Source of the DNA: Ferroacidibacillus organovorans
GTDB lineage: Bacteria; Bacillota; Bacilli; Alicyclobacillales; SLC66
Reading direction: 5' to 3'
DNA length: 38,565 bases
Assembly: GCF_001642725.1 (NCBI RefSeq)
Contig: NZ_LSUQ01000024.1
Span: 1 to 38,565, forward strand
This document shows positions 27,551 to 37,257 of this stretch, in pieces. The position numbers and the translations under genes are program-made. Every line of letters starts with the position of its first letter. Position 1 is the stretch's first letter. Below the pieces are notes generated by a model, which saw only the letters and a program-made list of their open reading frames with translations, was not told the DNA's origin and ran no database searches.

Positions 27551-28756
27551 ATGACACACACGCTAGCTCGACGCGCGCAGGCGATCTCTCCGTCGCCCAC
27601 CCTGTCACTGGATACAAAAACCAAGGCGTTGATCGCACAAGGGCATGACGTCGTCAATCTTACGGTGGGCGAACCTGACTTTCCCACGCCGCTCGCCGCT
27701 TCTTACGCGGCGATTCGCGCGATTACCGAAGGCTTTACAAGGTACACGGCGCCCGCCGGGATTGTCGAATTGCGCAAGGCGATCGCCGAGAAACTGGCGC
27801 AGGAAAACGGCCTCTCTTATTCACCCGATGAGATTATTGTAAGCACTGGTGCAAAACAATCTCTTTATAACATCTTCATGACCCTTCTTGATCCGGGCGA
27901 CGAAGTGCTTCTGCCAGCCCCTTATTGGGTGAGCTATCCGGAACAGATTCGCCTTGCAGAAGGTGTCCCTGTCGTTCTTGAGACGGATGAACAGAGCGGT
28001 TTCAAAGTTACCCCGGAACAAGTGTTGCGCGCGATCACGCCGCGCACCAAAGCCATTCTTATCAACTCCCCGAGCAATCCGACAGGGGTCACATACACCC
28101 CCGAAGAGATCGATGCGTTGGCGGAGGCGCTCACTTCAACCTCACTCTATGTGGTGAGTGATGAGATCTACGAACAGCTAACCTATGGCGTGACGCACAA
28201 GAGCATCGCGACCTCGAGCGAGGAACTGCGCAAACGCACCCTCGTCGTAAACGGTTTCTCCAAAACGTTTGGCATGACGGGCTGGCGGGTGGGTTATGTG
28301 GCGGGCGATCGCACATTGATTCAGGCCATGTCAAGCTTTCAATCCCATACGACTGCAAACCCGTCGTCCATCTCTCAACGCGCAGCACTCGGGGCGCTTG
28401 GCACCTTTTCTCCGCAAACGCGCGAGACCATGCGCGAGCGACTGCAGTTTGTCACGCGCGCGCTCGCAGAGCTTCCAGGAATCACGTGCGCACAGCCAAA
28501 CGGCGCGTTCTATGTCTTTCCAAACGCGTCCTCATGGATTACAAAGACCTATACCAAAATGTCGGGCGAGTCGATCGTCATTCGCGACGGCGACCATCTC
28601 GGTGAACTGCTTTTGTCTGAAGCGCTGATCTCCGTCGTTCCCGGTTCAGGTTTTGGCGCGCCAAACAATTTCAGAATTTCTTATGCGACATCCATGCCAA
28701 ACCTAGAGAAAGCGATGGAGCGTTTGCGCGACTTTGCGAAACGCATCGCGCACTAA
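27551..28756 (+). CDS. PLP-dependent class I aminotransferase (aspartate aminotransferase-like)
   Basis: GEPDF, TGAKQ, NSPSNPTG, SDEIY, SKTFGMTGWRVG. Confidence 0.95.
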   Translation: MTHTLARRAQAISPSPTLSLDTKTKALIAQGHDVVNLTVGEPDFPTPLAASYAAIRAITEGFTRYTAPAGIVELRKAIAEKLAQENGLSYSPDEIIVSTGAKQSLYNIFMTLLDPGDEVLLPAPYWVSYPEQIRLAEGVPVVLETDEQSGFKVTPEQVLRAITPRTKAILINSPSNPTGVTYTPEEIDALAEALTSTSLYVVSDEIYEQLTYGVTHKSIATSSEELRKRTLVVNGFSKTFGMTGWRVGYVAGDRTLIQAMSSFQSHTTANPSSISQRAALGALGTFSPQTRETMRERLQFVTRALAELPGITCAQPNGAFYVFPNASSWITKTYTKMSGESIVIRDGDHLGELLLSEALISVVPGSGFGAPNNFRISYATSMPNLEKAMERLRDFAKRIAH

Positions 28757-28805
28757 CGCATACCGCTTTCAATCCCCATTTTTTCACTCGAGGTACGCCA
28801 CGCAT

Positions 28806-28833
28806 CACGCGGCGCGCCTCGTTTTCATATACT
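28806..28833 (+). promoter_or_regulatory. SigK/SigE-like mother-cell promoter
   Basis: CACG-N16-CATATACT upstream of ORF 28870. Confidence 0.5.
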
Positions 28834-28869
28834 GCGCAAAGAAGGCACTGCGCAGGAGTTGACACGAAA

Positions 28870-29526
28870 ATGGCCTCCAAAATTACTACCCAGCAGCGAA
28901 ACGAACGCATCAAAGCGCTGCGTGCGCGTCTACAGCAACTGGACAAGACAGATGAGAATGAAAAAGAGCGCACACGCCTGCGGCGCGAACTCCAACTGAT
29001 TCGCGCGGAAGCGAATGCGCCTGCGAAAAAGACGGTCGATGCGATCCAATCGATCAGCAAAACGCTCACGCCAAAATCGATCGAGGATTCGCTCGGCACG
29101 ATCACTTCTTTGCGCGAGTTTTGTAAGCATTGCATACGCTATGTTCAACAGGCCGATCAGGTCTTGGACACACTGTCAGTCACAACCAACTCCTTGAAGG
29201 ATTCAGGCGTACTCAAAAAACTGATGGAGTCAAAAGGAAAAAACCTTGACACATCCGATTTTACAAACATTCTCATGGCGTTGATGAACTCCCCGCTTGG
29301 TGCGACGGTGTTCAACCGTCTTGGCAATGGGAAAAAGGAAGATGACAAAGCGTCCCCGGTGACCGACCCGCCAAAGCGCACCATAAAGCGTCGCTCGCGT
29401 AGCGTAGCGCGTCGACCCGTAAAGCGCAGCAACGCGAAACGCGGCCGATCCTCGCCACGCGCGCAATCGCCACGCGCGCAATCGCCACGCGCACAATCGC
29501 CACGCGCACAAAAGACAGCCCGCTGA
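28870..29526 (+). CDS. Hypothetical coiled-coil protein with basic Arg/Ser/Pro C-terminal tail
   Basis: 218-aa ORF with RBS AGGAG and a downstream terminator. Confidence 0.75.
   Translation: MASKITTQQRNERIKALRARLQQLDKTDENEKERTRLRRELQLIRAEANAPAKKTVDAIQSISKTLTPKSIEDSLGTITSLREFCKHCIRYVQQADQVLDTLSVTTNSLKDSGVLKKLMESKGKNLDTSDFTNILMALMNSPLGATVFNRLGNGKKEDDKASPVTDPPKRTIKRRSRSVARRPVKRSNAKRGRSSPRAQSPRAQSPRAQSPRAQKTAR
29452..29511 (+). repeat. 15-bp tandem repeat x4 encoding (SPRAQ)4
   Basis: tcgccacgcgc(g/a)caa repeated four times. Confidence 0.95.
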
Positions 29527-29550
29527 CGCATATCAGTCGCCAGCATCTCT

Positions 29551-29586
29551 AAAAGGGGGCATCGCCTTGCGGCGGCGCCCCCTTTT
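29551..29586. terminator. Bidirectional intrinsic terminator
   Basis: AAAAGGGGGC-ATCGCC-TTGC-GGCGGC-GCCCCCTTTT between convergent genes. Confidence 0.85.
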
Positions 29587-29610
29587 CAATCGCGTTACGA
29601 ATCTAAGGCC

Positions 29611-30054
29611 TCATTTAACAAATTTTTTGATTTCCTTGATGGTCTTGTCATCCACCGCATCGCCACCATATTTCTTGGCAATTTCCTCAACGGACACTTT
29701 CGGACCCTTGTCATCTGCGTTTTTCGTCGCATCAGTGAACGCGTTCAAAAAAGCGTTCATCCGCTTTGGATCGACTTTGATTCCGATATCTTGCGCGATA
29801 TTTTGCGTAAGGTCGCGCACTGTGGTAGGATCGCGCCACGCTTCCGGCTTCATGTCCTTCACCCGTTTTAACGCGTCAAACAGATTTCCTTTATCAATGC
29901 GTTTCATGTTTTCCTTCAGTGTGTCAAATGAGCCGCCTGGCGTTCCTTGCGAACGCGTGGCTTCAAGTGGAGCTTGCACGTTTTTTTCAACACGCGCGTC
30001 CGCTTTGCTCGGACGTTTTTTAGCAATCCGTGATTTACCCGTATTTTTTTGCAC
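29611..30054 (-). CDS. SpoVIF-like sporulation protein with basic N-terminal extension
   Basis: WRDPTTVRDLTQNIAQDIGIKVD resembles SpoVIF helices. GTG 30054 behind AGGAGGGG; CATAGCAT -10-like element upstream. Confidence 0.5.
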   Translation of the reverse strand: MQKNTGKSRIAKKRPSKADARVEKNVQAPLEATRSQGTPGGSFDTLKENMKRIDKGNLFDALKRVKDMKPEAWRDPTTVRDLTQNIAQDIGIKVDPKRMNAFLNAFTDATKNADDKGPKVSVEEIAKKYGGDAVDDKTIKEIKKFVK

Positions 30055-30270
30055 GCTTGCCCCTCCTGGATTCCATCGTTTCATCCCTCTCATGCTATGC
30101 AAAAACACGCAGAGCGCCTCTCGCCTTTGCCCATTCTACGAAAAAACGGGCACCCAGCGACTCCGAATGAGCGTTCAAGAGTGACCCGTACTCTTCTAAG
30201 CACGTATCCGTGCAATACGCCCTGTCTCCCTCTGAGCAAATGGCATACGCTTAGAAGAGGAGGGGAGAGG

Positions 30271-30939
30271 ATGAACCAAATCACCGTTTATGGGGATTCC
30301 ATCGCGGCGGGCTACGGTGCCCCACTGTCGCACGGCTTCGTACCTGTGCTCACGCGCCTGTGTTCGCGACAAGTGAATCTTCCGATCGACTATCGCAATT
30401 ATGGTCAATCCGGCATGACATCGTATGCGTTATCATCTGCGCTGCGCTTCAATGATGCCTGGGTGACAGGCGGTCTCACTGCGCGTACCGTATGTATACT
30501 CATCGGCGGTGACGATCTCATTCAAAACGTTCCGATTCTACTTTCCGGACAGCGCGCCGCCGTAGAACGTGCGCTTAAAGCGAGCGCCTTCGCCTATACA
30601 GCATCCCTGCGCCGCATCCGCGCGCTTACTCGACGTCCCCTGGTGGTCGGCACGATCTACAATCCTTATCCCGCCACTAAAGCTGCTGACATTGCTGTGG
30701 CCGTGTACAACGAGCGTGTCATTCTGCCAGCGGCAGAGCACGTCGGTGCAGCAGTCGCACCGATCGCAGAAGCCTTTTCCGGGCGCCAGGCCGAACTCAT
30801 TGATGGGTATGGAACCGGAGTGGCCGGCGCTCCCGGCAGAAATGGCGTCGCCTTTCCGATTCACCCAAACCTGCAAGGTCACGCCGTCATCGCCGAAACC
30901 TTTCTCCCCTTCGTCGCTCCCGCATTTTCACGCGAGTAG
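30271..30939 (+). CDS. SGNH/GDSL hydrolase (spore lipase-like)
   Basis: GDSIAAG, GQSG, IGGDD, YNPY, IHPN. ATG 30271 behind a purine-rich RBS. Confidence 0.85.
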   Translation: MNQITVYGDSIAAGYGAPLSHGFVPVLTRLCSRQVNLPIDYRNYGQSGMTSYALSSALRFNDAWVTGGLTARTVCILIGGDDLIQNVPILLSGQRAAVERALKASAFAYTASLRRIRALTRRPLVVGTIYNPYPATKAADIAVAVYNERVILPAAEHVGAAVAPIAEAFSGRQAELIDGYGTGVAGAPGRNGVAFPIHPNLQGHAVIAETFLPFVAPAFSRE

Positions 30940-30959
30940 CATGCGCTGGCACAAGAAAA

Positions 30960-30985
30960 GGGACAGGGTGCGCGCTCCCTGTCCC
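30960..30985. terminator. Hairpin between convergent GDSL and spoVT genes
   Basis: GGGACAGGG-TGCGCGCT-CCCTGTCCC with a U-rich tail on the minus strand. Confidence 0.7.
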
Positions 30986-31009
30986 GCATGAATGAGGCCG
31001 TAAAATCCG

Positions 31010-31552
31010 CTATTGTTCCATTTGCTTCGAGAGAAATCCAGCCGCCGTCTCTGCCAACTTTGTCTCAAGCTCCCCCATGTGCACTTGCTCGTCCCGCGAA
31101 AAGAGGATGACACTGCCGATTGGATCGCCGTTATAGATAATTGGGGCGATGACGCGCGATGAGATATGTTCGCTTCGATCTTTGACAATCTGCATTTCAC
31201 TGGCGGTTGTGGCGACACTCAACTTCCGGTCTTCCATGGCTTTCTCAACTTCAGGACCGATCGATTTTTCGAGATAGTCTTTCTTCGGTGCACCCGCCGT
31301 GGCGATAACCGCGTCACGATCCGTAATAAGCGTCGGATGTCCAAGCGTCTCATTCAACGACTCCGCATACTCTTTTGCAAAATCGCCCAGCTCGCCAATC
31401 GGTGAATACTTTTTGAGGATCACCTCACCGTCGCGATCCACAAAGATCTCCAGTGGATCCCCTTCGCGAATGCGCAGCGTGCGCCTGATCTCTTTAGGAA
31501 TGACCACCCGTCCTAGATCGTCAATTCTACGTACTATACCTGTTGCCTTCAT
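31010..31552 (-). CDS. spoVT: Stage V sporulation protein T
   Basis: MKATGIVRRIDDLGRVVIPKEIRRTLRIREGDPLEIF plus GAF domain ending FLSKQME. Confidence 0.97.
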   Translation of the reverse strand: MKATGIVRRIDDLGRVVIPKEIRRTLRIREGDPLEIFVDRDGEVILKKYSPIGELGDFAKEYAESLNETLGHPTLITDRDAVIATAGAPKKDYLEKSIGPEVEKAMEDRKLSVATTASEMQIVKDRSEHISSRVIAPIIYNGDPIGSVILFSRDEQVHMGELETKLAETAAGFLSKQMEQ

Positions 31553-31760
31553 GAGATACCTCCTCACTTTCCTTTCGAATCTGCCCATTCATCCTTCTTT
31601 CGCATGAGGTTCATCGCTTGACGTTATCATGTCCTAAATGAACGCAAACTTTCCATATCTTTTTCACCCAATAATTAGGAAAAGCGCCCCGCCTTGCTGG
31701 GACGCCTTTTCGTTCAATCCGGGAAACGCAAAACCTCATCGCGTAGCCACAACAAGGGAT

Positions 31761-32690
31761 CTACGCTTTTGGCAGTGTCACTTTGATGTTTGCCGTTTTC
31801 AGCTTCTGATTATAGAGCGCAAGGAAAGCGCTCTTCTCGTTTTGTTGAACCAGCGCCGACATCACGGAGGACTGTACTTTTGAAAAAGGTTGCGTGGTAC
31901 GCGAAATGACACGCATGACAAACCACCCATACGTTGAGTTAAACGGTTGCCCAACCTGGCCAATCGGCTGTGTCATCGCGTGCTGCGCAAACGGTGCCAC
32001 CCAGTTTGTCGGATTCTGGTTTGTGTAGATTCCACTGTTTTTGGCGGATCCTGGGTCTTGCGAGTACTTAGCGGCGAGCGTCTTCCAACTCGCGCCTGCG
32101 CGCAACTGATTGGCGAGCGATTGCGCCAAGCTCTGTGACTTAACAAGAATCGCCTGTTCCGTAATCGTCGTGTACTGTTCCAGGTTATTTTTATAGTAGA
32201 GCTGCTGTTCCGAAAGCGGAATGGTTTTAACGAGCGTCTGCGCGTAGGAAGACAGCGTCAGTTGCTCCTGAACGTACGTTTCAAGATCCGCCTCAGTCAA
32301 TTTCAGCGACTGCATTTTCTGGTTGAATGTCGTCGAATTGTTGCTGTAAAGCCCACTGATAATATTCTTTTCGAACTGGAGCGTATCCTGGTGAAGCACA
32401 GACGTTTTCATTTTGGGAACCGCCTTCTGCGCAACTGGCAAGAGAAGGCGCGCCAGCACAATATACTGCTTGGCGATATCCGTCTGAATCGTGGCAGACG
32501 GTGTCATCGTCGGGTTTAGAAGCTGCTCGATATGTACCTGTGTCTCAAACTCCGGCTGGGAGAGTGTCCCCCCATTATACGTCGCCACAGTCGCGGCGCT
32601 GACATTCGTACCGCATCCCGCGAGAACGAGCAGAGCACTAACCATGGTCACCGCGAATGTACTTTTATGAAAGCGTGTTTTGTTTGGCAT
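31761..32690 (-). CDS. PrsA-like parvulin peptidyl-prolyl isomerase lipoprotein
   Basis: Lipobox LAGC, LAAKYSQDPGSAKNSG, STYGWFVM; located between mfd and spoVT. Confidence 0.88.
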   Translation of the reverse strand: MPNKTRFHKSTFAVTMVSALLVLAGCGTNVSAATVATYNGGTLSQPEFETQVHIEQLLNPTMTPSATIQTDIAKQYIVLARLLLPVAQKAVPKMKTSVLHQDTLQFEKNIISGLYSNNSTTFNQKMQSLKLTEADLETYVQEQLTLSSYAQTLVKTIPLSEQQLYYKNNLEQYTTITEQAILVKSQSLAQSLANQLRAGASWKTLAAKYSQDPGSAKNSGIYTNQNPTNWVAPFAQHAMTQPIGQVGQPFNSTYGWFVMRVISRTTQPFSKVQSSVMSALVQQNEKSAFLALYNQKLKTANIKVTLPKA

Positions 32691-35600
32691 GAGGCAATTC
32701 CTCCTTATTCTCGTAAACCTTGTCGAGCTGTGACAAGACACGAATCGTCATGTCGAGAATCATGTCGTCTTTCAAACCTCGCCCTTCAAGAATGAGCGTG
32801 TACACATCCCCCGTTGACTTGAGGCGCATCCGTCGCGGATAGAGTTGAGTCAGCTCAAACAAACGCGCGCCCGACATCTTCTCTGTGCGCTCTGACCTGA
32901 AGGTGATATGCATATCATGCCCCTGTTTGACGATGGAAGCCAGATCATGCTCGTGCGCAAAGGCGCGAATTCTTGCAATCATGACCAACTGGTGCACCGG
33001 GTCAGGCAAATTTCCAAAACGATCTTCCAATTCTTCGTACAGATCATCCACATCTTGACGTCGAATCGCCGCGACAATCTTCTTGTACATCTCGATTTTT
33101 TGCATCGGATCGGTGACATAGTCATCCGGCAAATACGCGTCCATCGAGATTTCCACCGTTGGCTCCGGCTTTTCCTGCACGCTATCGCCGCGCAATTCGC
33201 GCACCGCTTCGGCGAGCATCTCCGTGTACATGTCGAATCCAACCGCACTGATAAATCCGTGCTGTTCTGCGCCCAAAATATTGCCCGCACCGCGAATGGA
33301 CAGATCGCGCATGGCAATTTTGAACCCACTGCCAAGCTCCGTGAACTCTTTGATGGCTTGGAGCCTTTTTTCCGCCACTTCCGTGAGCACCTTGTCCTGT
33401 TGATAGGTGAAATACGCATATGCAATGCGATTGGAACGACCTACGCGACCGCGCAATTGATACAATTGTGAAAGTCCCATACGATCCGCATGAAAGACAA
33501 TCAACGTGTTAACGTTCGGAATGTCGAGCCCCGTTTCAATGATTGTCGTCGACACGAGCACATCCGTATCACCCTGAAGAAAATCGAGCATCACCCGTTC
33601 TAACTCATCCTCTGCCATCTGACCGTGCCCAACGGCCACCCGCGCATCCGGAACGAGACGCGCCACCCGCTCTGCAATCGAGTCGATGCCCTTGACCTGA
33701 TTGTAGAGTACGTATACTTGTCCACCTCGGCTGATCTCGCGCTCTATGCTTTCTCGAAGCAATGCATCACTGTATTCTACCACATAGGTCTGGACAGGAA
33801 AACGATTCTCCGGCGGCGTCTCAATCACCGATAGATCGCGAAGGCCTACCATCGACAGGTGGAGGGTGCGCGGAATCGGTGTCGCAGTAAGCGTCAGACA
33901 GTCCACATTGGCGCGCAATTGCTTGAGCCGCTCTTTGTGTGTGACGCCAAATCGCTGTTCTTCATCCACGATAAGAAGACCGAGGTCTTTGAATGCAATC
34001 TGTTTTTGTAGCAAGCGATGCGTCCCGATAACGATGTCGACCGCGCCTGTCTTAAGACCCTGCATCACGCGCGTCGTTTCCGTTTTTGAGCGAAATCGAC
34101 TCAGCACCTCAACCGTGACGGGATAGCCGGAGAAGCGCTCGCGAAACGTCTCATAGTGCTGTTGCGCAAGGATCGTCGTCGGCACGAGCACAGCGACCTG
34201 TTTGCTGTCAAAAACAGCTTTTGACGCCGCGCGAATGGCCACTTCCGTCTTGCCGTACCCCACATCGCCACAGAGCAACCGATCCATGGGGCGCGCCCGC
34301 TCCATGTCACTTTTGATGTCGCGAATGGCGCGCAGTTGATCCGGCGTCTCTTCATATGGGAACATCGTTTCAAAGTCGCGCTGCCAGTCGGTATCCTCCC
34401 GGAACGGGTAGCCGGGTGTCGCCTCGCGCTGCGCGTAGAGTTTGATCAGTTGTTCTGCGATATCCTGCACTGATTTCCTGACCTTGCTCTTTGCCCGGGC
34501 AAAATCCGTTCCGCCGAGATGGTGAACGCGCGGCTCTTTCTCCTCATTGCCAAGATATTTCTGGACGAGATTAATCTGCTCGACAGGGACATACAACTTG
34601 TCATTTCCTGCATAGCGAAGATTGAGATAATCCCTGTGATTGCCTTCAATGACGAGCGTTTCAATTCCGAGATACTTTGCGATGCCGTGCGTGGCGTGCA
34701 CAACATAATCGCCCACCTGGAGATCCTGATAGCTCTTAATCTTTGCGGCTTCCGACGCGTCACTGCGGACGCGACGCGCCCGCTTTTTCGTCGCGAACAC
34801 CTCGTTTTCCGAGATGACCGCAAGGTGAACGCCCGACCATTCAAACCCCGCAGAGAGTGCGCCGATGAGGATCATCGGTTTCTCAAGCGCTGGATCAAAC
34901 GTCTCCACAATGGTTGCCGAGATGGAAAAATCCTCAAGTACGCGAAGGAGTCGCTCTGACCGCTCCCGATCGCTCGCGAGCAACACGACCTTTTCATTCG
35001 CCTTCATCATGCGCGCAATCTCGCTCTTTAAAAGTGGCAACTGTCCGTGAAACTGCTGCATGACGCGCGTGCTCACCGTGAGACTCTCGGTGAGTGCAAT
35101 CCCCGACATATGGCGCGGGAGAAGGCTGACATAGAGATGACGCTGAAGCGGTCTTGTCACAAACAAGCGCGTCGGATCGATCGCCTCCACCAAATTGGGG
35201 AGAATCTCGCCGTGCTCAAGCGCCCCCGCGGTCCACTCGGCCTCTTCGCGGGCGATGCGTTCCATCGTTTCGCGCAAGCGCGTCGGTTCATCAAATAGAA
35301 TGATCGCATCCTGCGGCACGTGATCCAAAAGCTTCGCATCCCGCTGCTCAAGCCACCCTGCATACCGCAACAAGCCGGGAAAATGCACCGCGCTGCGCAT
35401 GCGCTCAAGATCGCGGCCAAGGTGCTCGCGCAGGTGCTCGCGCGTCTCAACCGATGATACGCGCTGAATCTGGTCGTGAAGGCGCGCCTCTACAAGATCT
35501 GCAAGCGCATGCAATTCCTGGGCCGTGGCAATCAACTCGCGCGCGGGCCAGAGGCGAACTTCGTTCATCTTTTCGAGGCTTCGCTGCGTCTCCGGATCAA

Positions 35601-36213
35601 AAAAGCGGATCGAATCAATCTCCAAATCAAACCACTCCACGCGCACCGGTTGCCCGTATAGCGCGTACACATCGAGAATGCCTCCGCGCAGGCTGCACTG
35701 CCCGCGCGCCTCAACCCGCTCGACGCGCTCATAGCCCATGTCGATAAGATGGATCATCACATCTTTTGGATCATGCGTTTCTCCACACACAAGTTTCGTG
35801 GCAGCATTTTGCAGATGTTGAGGTGAAAAGATGCGTTGCGAGAGCGCCCGAATCGTCGTCACGATCACAGGGGTTGCGCGCTCAGACAGGCGCGCGAGTG
35901 TACTCATGCGCAGCGCCGCAAGCTCTGGACTAAAAGCAATCATCTCACTGTGGGAAATTTCCCGCTCCGGGAAAAGGCATACCTCCTCATCTCGCAGCCA
36001 CTCTGTCAAATCTCCCGCAATCACTTCTGCCGCCTGCATGGAGTGCGCTGCGATAACGACTGGGTAGCCGCGTTTACAAACTGTCGCATAGAGCAGATGA
36101 CGCGCGGCTCCGCCAATCCCCGAGAGTGCGACGCTTGCCCCCGGTTTCTCAAGCGCGCGATGGATGCTTTTTACATCAGGAACAGACGCTACATGAAGCA
36201 CCAACTCGCGCAT
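32665..36213 (-). CDS. mfd: Transcription-repair coupling factor
   Basis: GDYVVH, GDVGYGKTEV, DEEQRFG, TATPIPRT, QLRGRVGRS, TRCF domain. Confidence 0.98.
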   Translation of the reverse strand: MRELVLHVASVPDVKSIHRALEKPGASVALSGIGGAARHLLYATVCKRGYPVVIAAHSMQAAEVIAGDLTEWLRDEEVCLFPEREISHSEMIAFSPELAALRMSTLARLSERATPVIVTTIRALSQRIFSPQHLQNAATKLVCGETHDPKDVMIHLIDMGYERVERVEARGQCSLRGGILDVYALYGQPVRVEWFDLEIDSIRFFDPETQRSLEKMNEVRLWPARELIATAQELHALADLVEARLHDQIQRVSSVETREHLREHLGRDLERMRSAVHFPGLLRYAGWLEQRDAKLLDHVPQDAIILFDEPTRLRETMERIAREEAEWTAGALEHGEILPNLVEAIDPTRLFVTRPLQRHLYVSLLPRHMSGIALTESLTVSTRVMQQFHGQLPLLKSEIARMMKANEKVVLLASDRERSERLLRVLEDFSISATIVETFDPALEKPMILIGALSAGFEWSGVHLAVISENEVFATKKRARRVRSDASEAAKIKSYQDLQVGDYVVHATHGIAKYLGIETLVIEGNHRDYLNLRYAGNDKLYVPVEQINLVQKYLGNEEKEPRVHHLGGTDFARAKSKVRKSVQDIAEQLIKLYAQREATPGYPFREDTDWQRDFETMFPYEETPDQLRAIRDIKSDMERARPMDRLLCGDVGYGKTEVAIRAASKAVFDSKQVAVLVPTTILAQQHYETFRERFSGYPVTVEVLSRFRSKTETTRVMQGLKTGAVDIVIGTHRLLQKQIAFKDLGLLIVDEEQRFGVTHKERLKQLRANVDCLTLTATPIPRTLHLSMVGLRDLSVIETPPENRFPVQTYVVEYSDALLRESIEREISRGGQVYVLYNQVKGIDSIAERVARLVPDARVAVGHGQMAEDELERVMLDFLQGDTDVLVSTTIIETGLDIPNVNTLIVFHADRMGLSQLYQLRGRVGRSNRIAYAYFTYQQDKVLTEVAEKRLQAIKEFTELGSGFKIAMRDLSIRGAGNILGAEQHGFISAVGFDMYTEMLAEAVRELRGDSVQEKPEPTVEISMDAYLPDDYVTDPMQKIEMYKKIVAAIRRQDVDDLYEELEDRFGNLPDPVHQLVMIARIRAFAHEHDLASIVKQGHDMHITFRSERTEKMSGARLFELTQLYPRRMRLKSTGDVYTLILEGRGLKDDMILDMTIRVLSQLDKVYENKEELPHAKQNTLS

Positions 36214-36264
36214 ACCTATCTCTCCCATCCCAAGCCCACGAAAGAAGTTCAAATCCTACAACGC

Positions 36265-36295
36265 AAAAAGGCCCATTCCGAATCGGAGAAGGGCA
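36265..36295 (-). terminator. Terminator-like hairpin between fin and mfd
   Basis: GCCC-UUCUCCG-AUU-CGGAAU-GGGC-CUUUUU on the minus strand. Confidence 0.55.
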
Positions 36296-36324
36296 TGTAT
36301 TAGCTATAGCGACCGTTCCAAGCG

Positions 36325-36558
36325 CTATTGAAGCGGCGTTTTTTCAAGCACCAGACTGGGGTGTTTGGCAATCGCCGACTCACAGTACTCGCAGACCGTC
36401 GTAACGTAGAGGTTCTGATCTGTGACATCATAATAAATGATATCCGCTCTCTCTTCCGGAGTCAAAGATGTAAAACCAAGCACGCTTGCAGAGAGCCCAT
36501 CTCCGTCAATTTCACCCACAAGATTTTTGCAATAGCGGCAAGTATACACAATCTTCAC
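36325..36558 (-). CDS. fin: Anti-sigma-F factor Fin (YabK)
   Basis: YTCRYC, LGFTSLTPEER, VCEYC; located between pth and mfd. Confidence 0.92.
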   Translation of the reverse strand: MKIVYTCRYCKNLVGEIDGDGLSASVLGFTSLTPEERADIIYYDVTDQNLYVTTVCEYCESAIAKHPSLVLEKTPLQ

Positions 36559-36630
36559 GATACGCTCTCTCCGATCTTGGTGCACGCCGAGCGCTTTGTC
36601 TTCGGCGGCGTCCAAACGGACACGCTATCA

Positions 36631-37209
36631 TTATTTTACATTTGATGCGGAATTAAACCTATTCATGACAAGTGGGAACGATTCCACACAAAATGCATGC
36701 GCCGCCTCTACGGCGCGCTCGACTGCCGCTTCAACACGGATGCGGTCGTCCCGCGAAAAAGGGTGCAGGACGTGATCGATGACGAGCGTTCCCGGTTCGG
36801 GACGGCCAATCCCTACGCGAATGCGCGGAAACGTTTGTGTGCCTAATTCTTGAATGATCGATTTCATTCCGTTGTGCCCACCAGAACCGCCCTTCTCGCG
36901 AAGTCGCAACGCACCTGCGCTTAGATCCATATCGTCATAAATCACAAGCAAGTCCTGTTCTGGGTCGAGACCCTTCTCTCGCACGGCGCGCGCGATCGAA
37001 AGTCCACTGCGATTCATGAAGGTTTGCGGCCGCATAAGAATGACTGCCTCACCGCGCACATCCGTCTCGGCGATCTGTGCATCCCACTTACCTTTTTCAC
37101 GCACGCCTGGAAGCGTTTTGAGCCACGCCTCAACGCACCAAAACCCGACGTTGTGTCGGGTCTTTGCGTATTCTTTTCCCGGATTCCCAAGACCTACAAT
37201 CAGTTTCAC
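36631..37209 (-). CDS. pth: Peptidyl-tRNA hydrolase
   Basis: KLIVGLGNPG..TRHNVG, GGHNG, RIRVGIGRP. Confidence 0.97.
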   Translation of the reverse strand: MKLIVGLGNPGKEYAKTRHNVGFWCVEAWLKTLPGVREKGKWDAQIAETDVRGEAVILMRPQTFMNRSGLSIARAVREKGLDPEQDLLVIYDDMDLSAGALRLREKGGSGGHNGMKSIIQELGTQTFPRIRVGIGRPEPGTLVIDHVLHPFSRDDRIRVEAAVERAVEAAHAFCVESFPLVMNRFNSASNVK

Positions 37210-37257
37210 GGCTCTGATCAAACTCCCCCATAGCCCCTACGAGAACAAAATCACGCA

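Noticed and set aside
11824..29511. Short repeats considered as CRISPR arrays
   Set aside because: Both repeat sets (11824-11893 and 29452-29511) are coding tandem repeats without spacers, and there are no cas genes.
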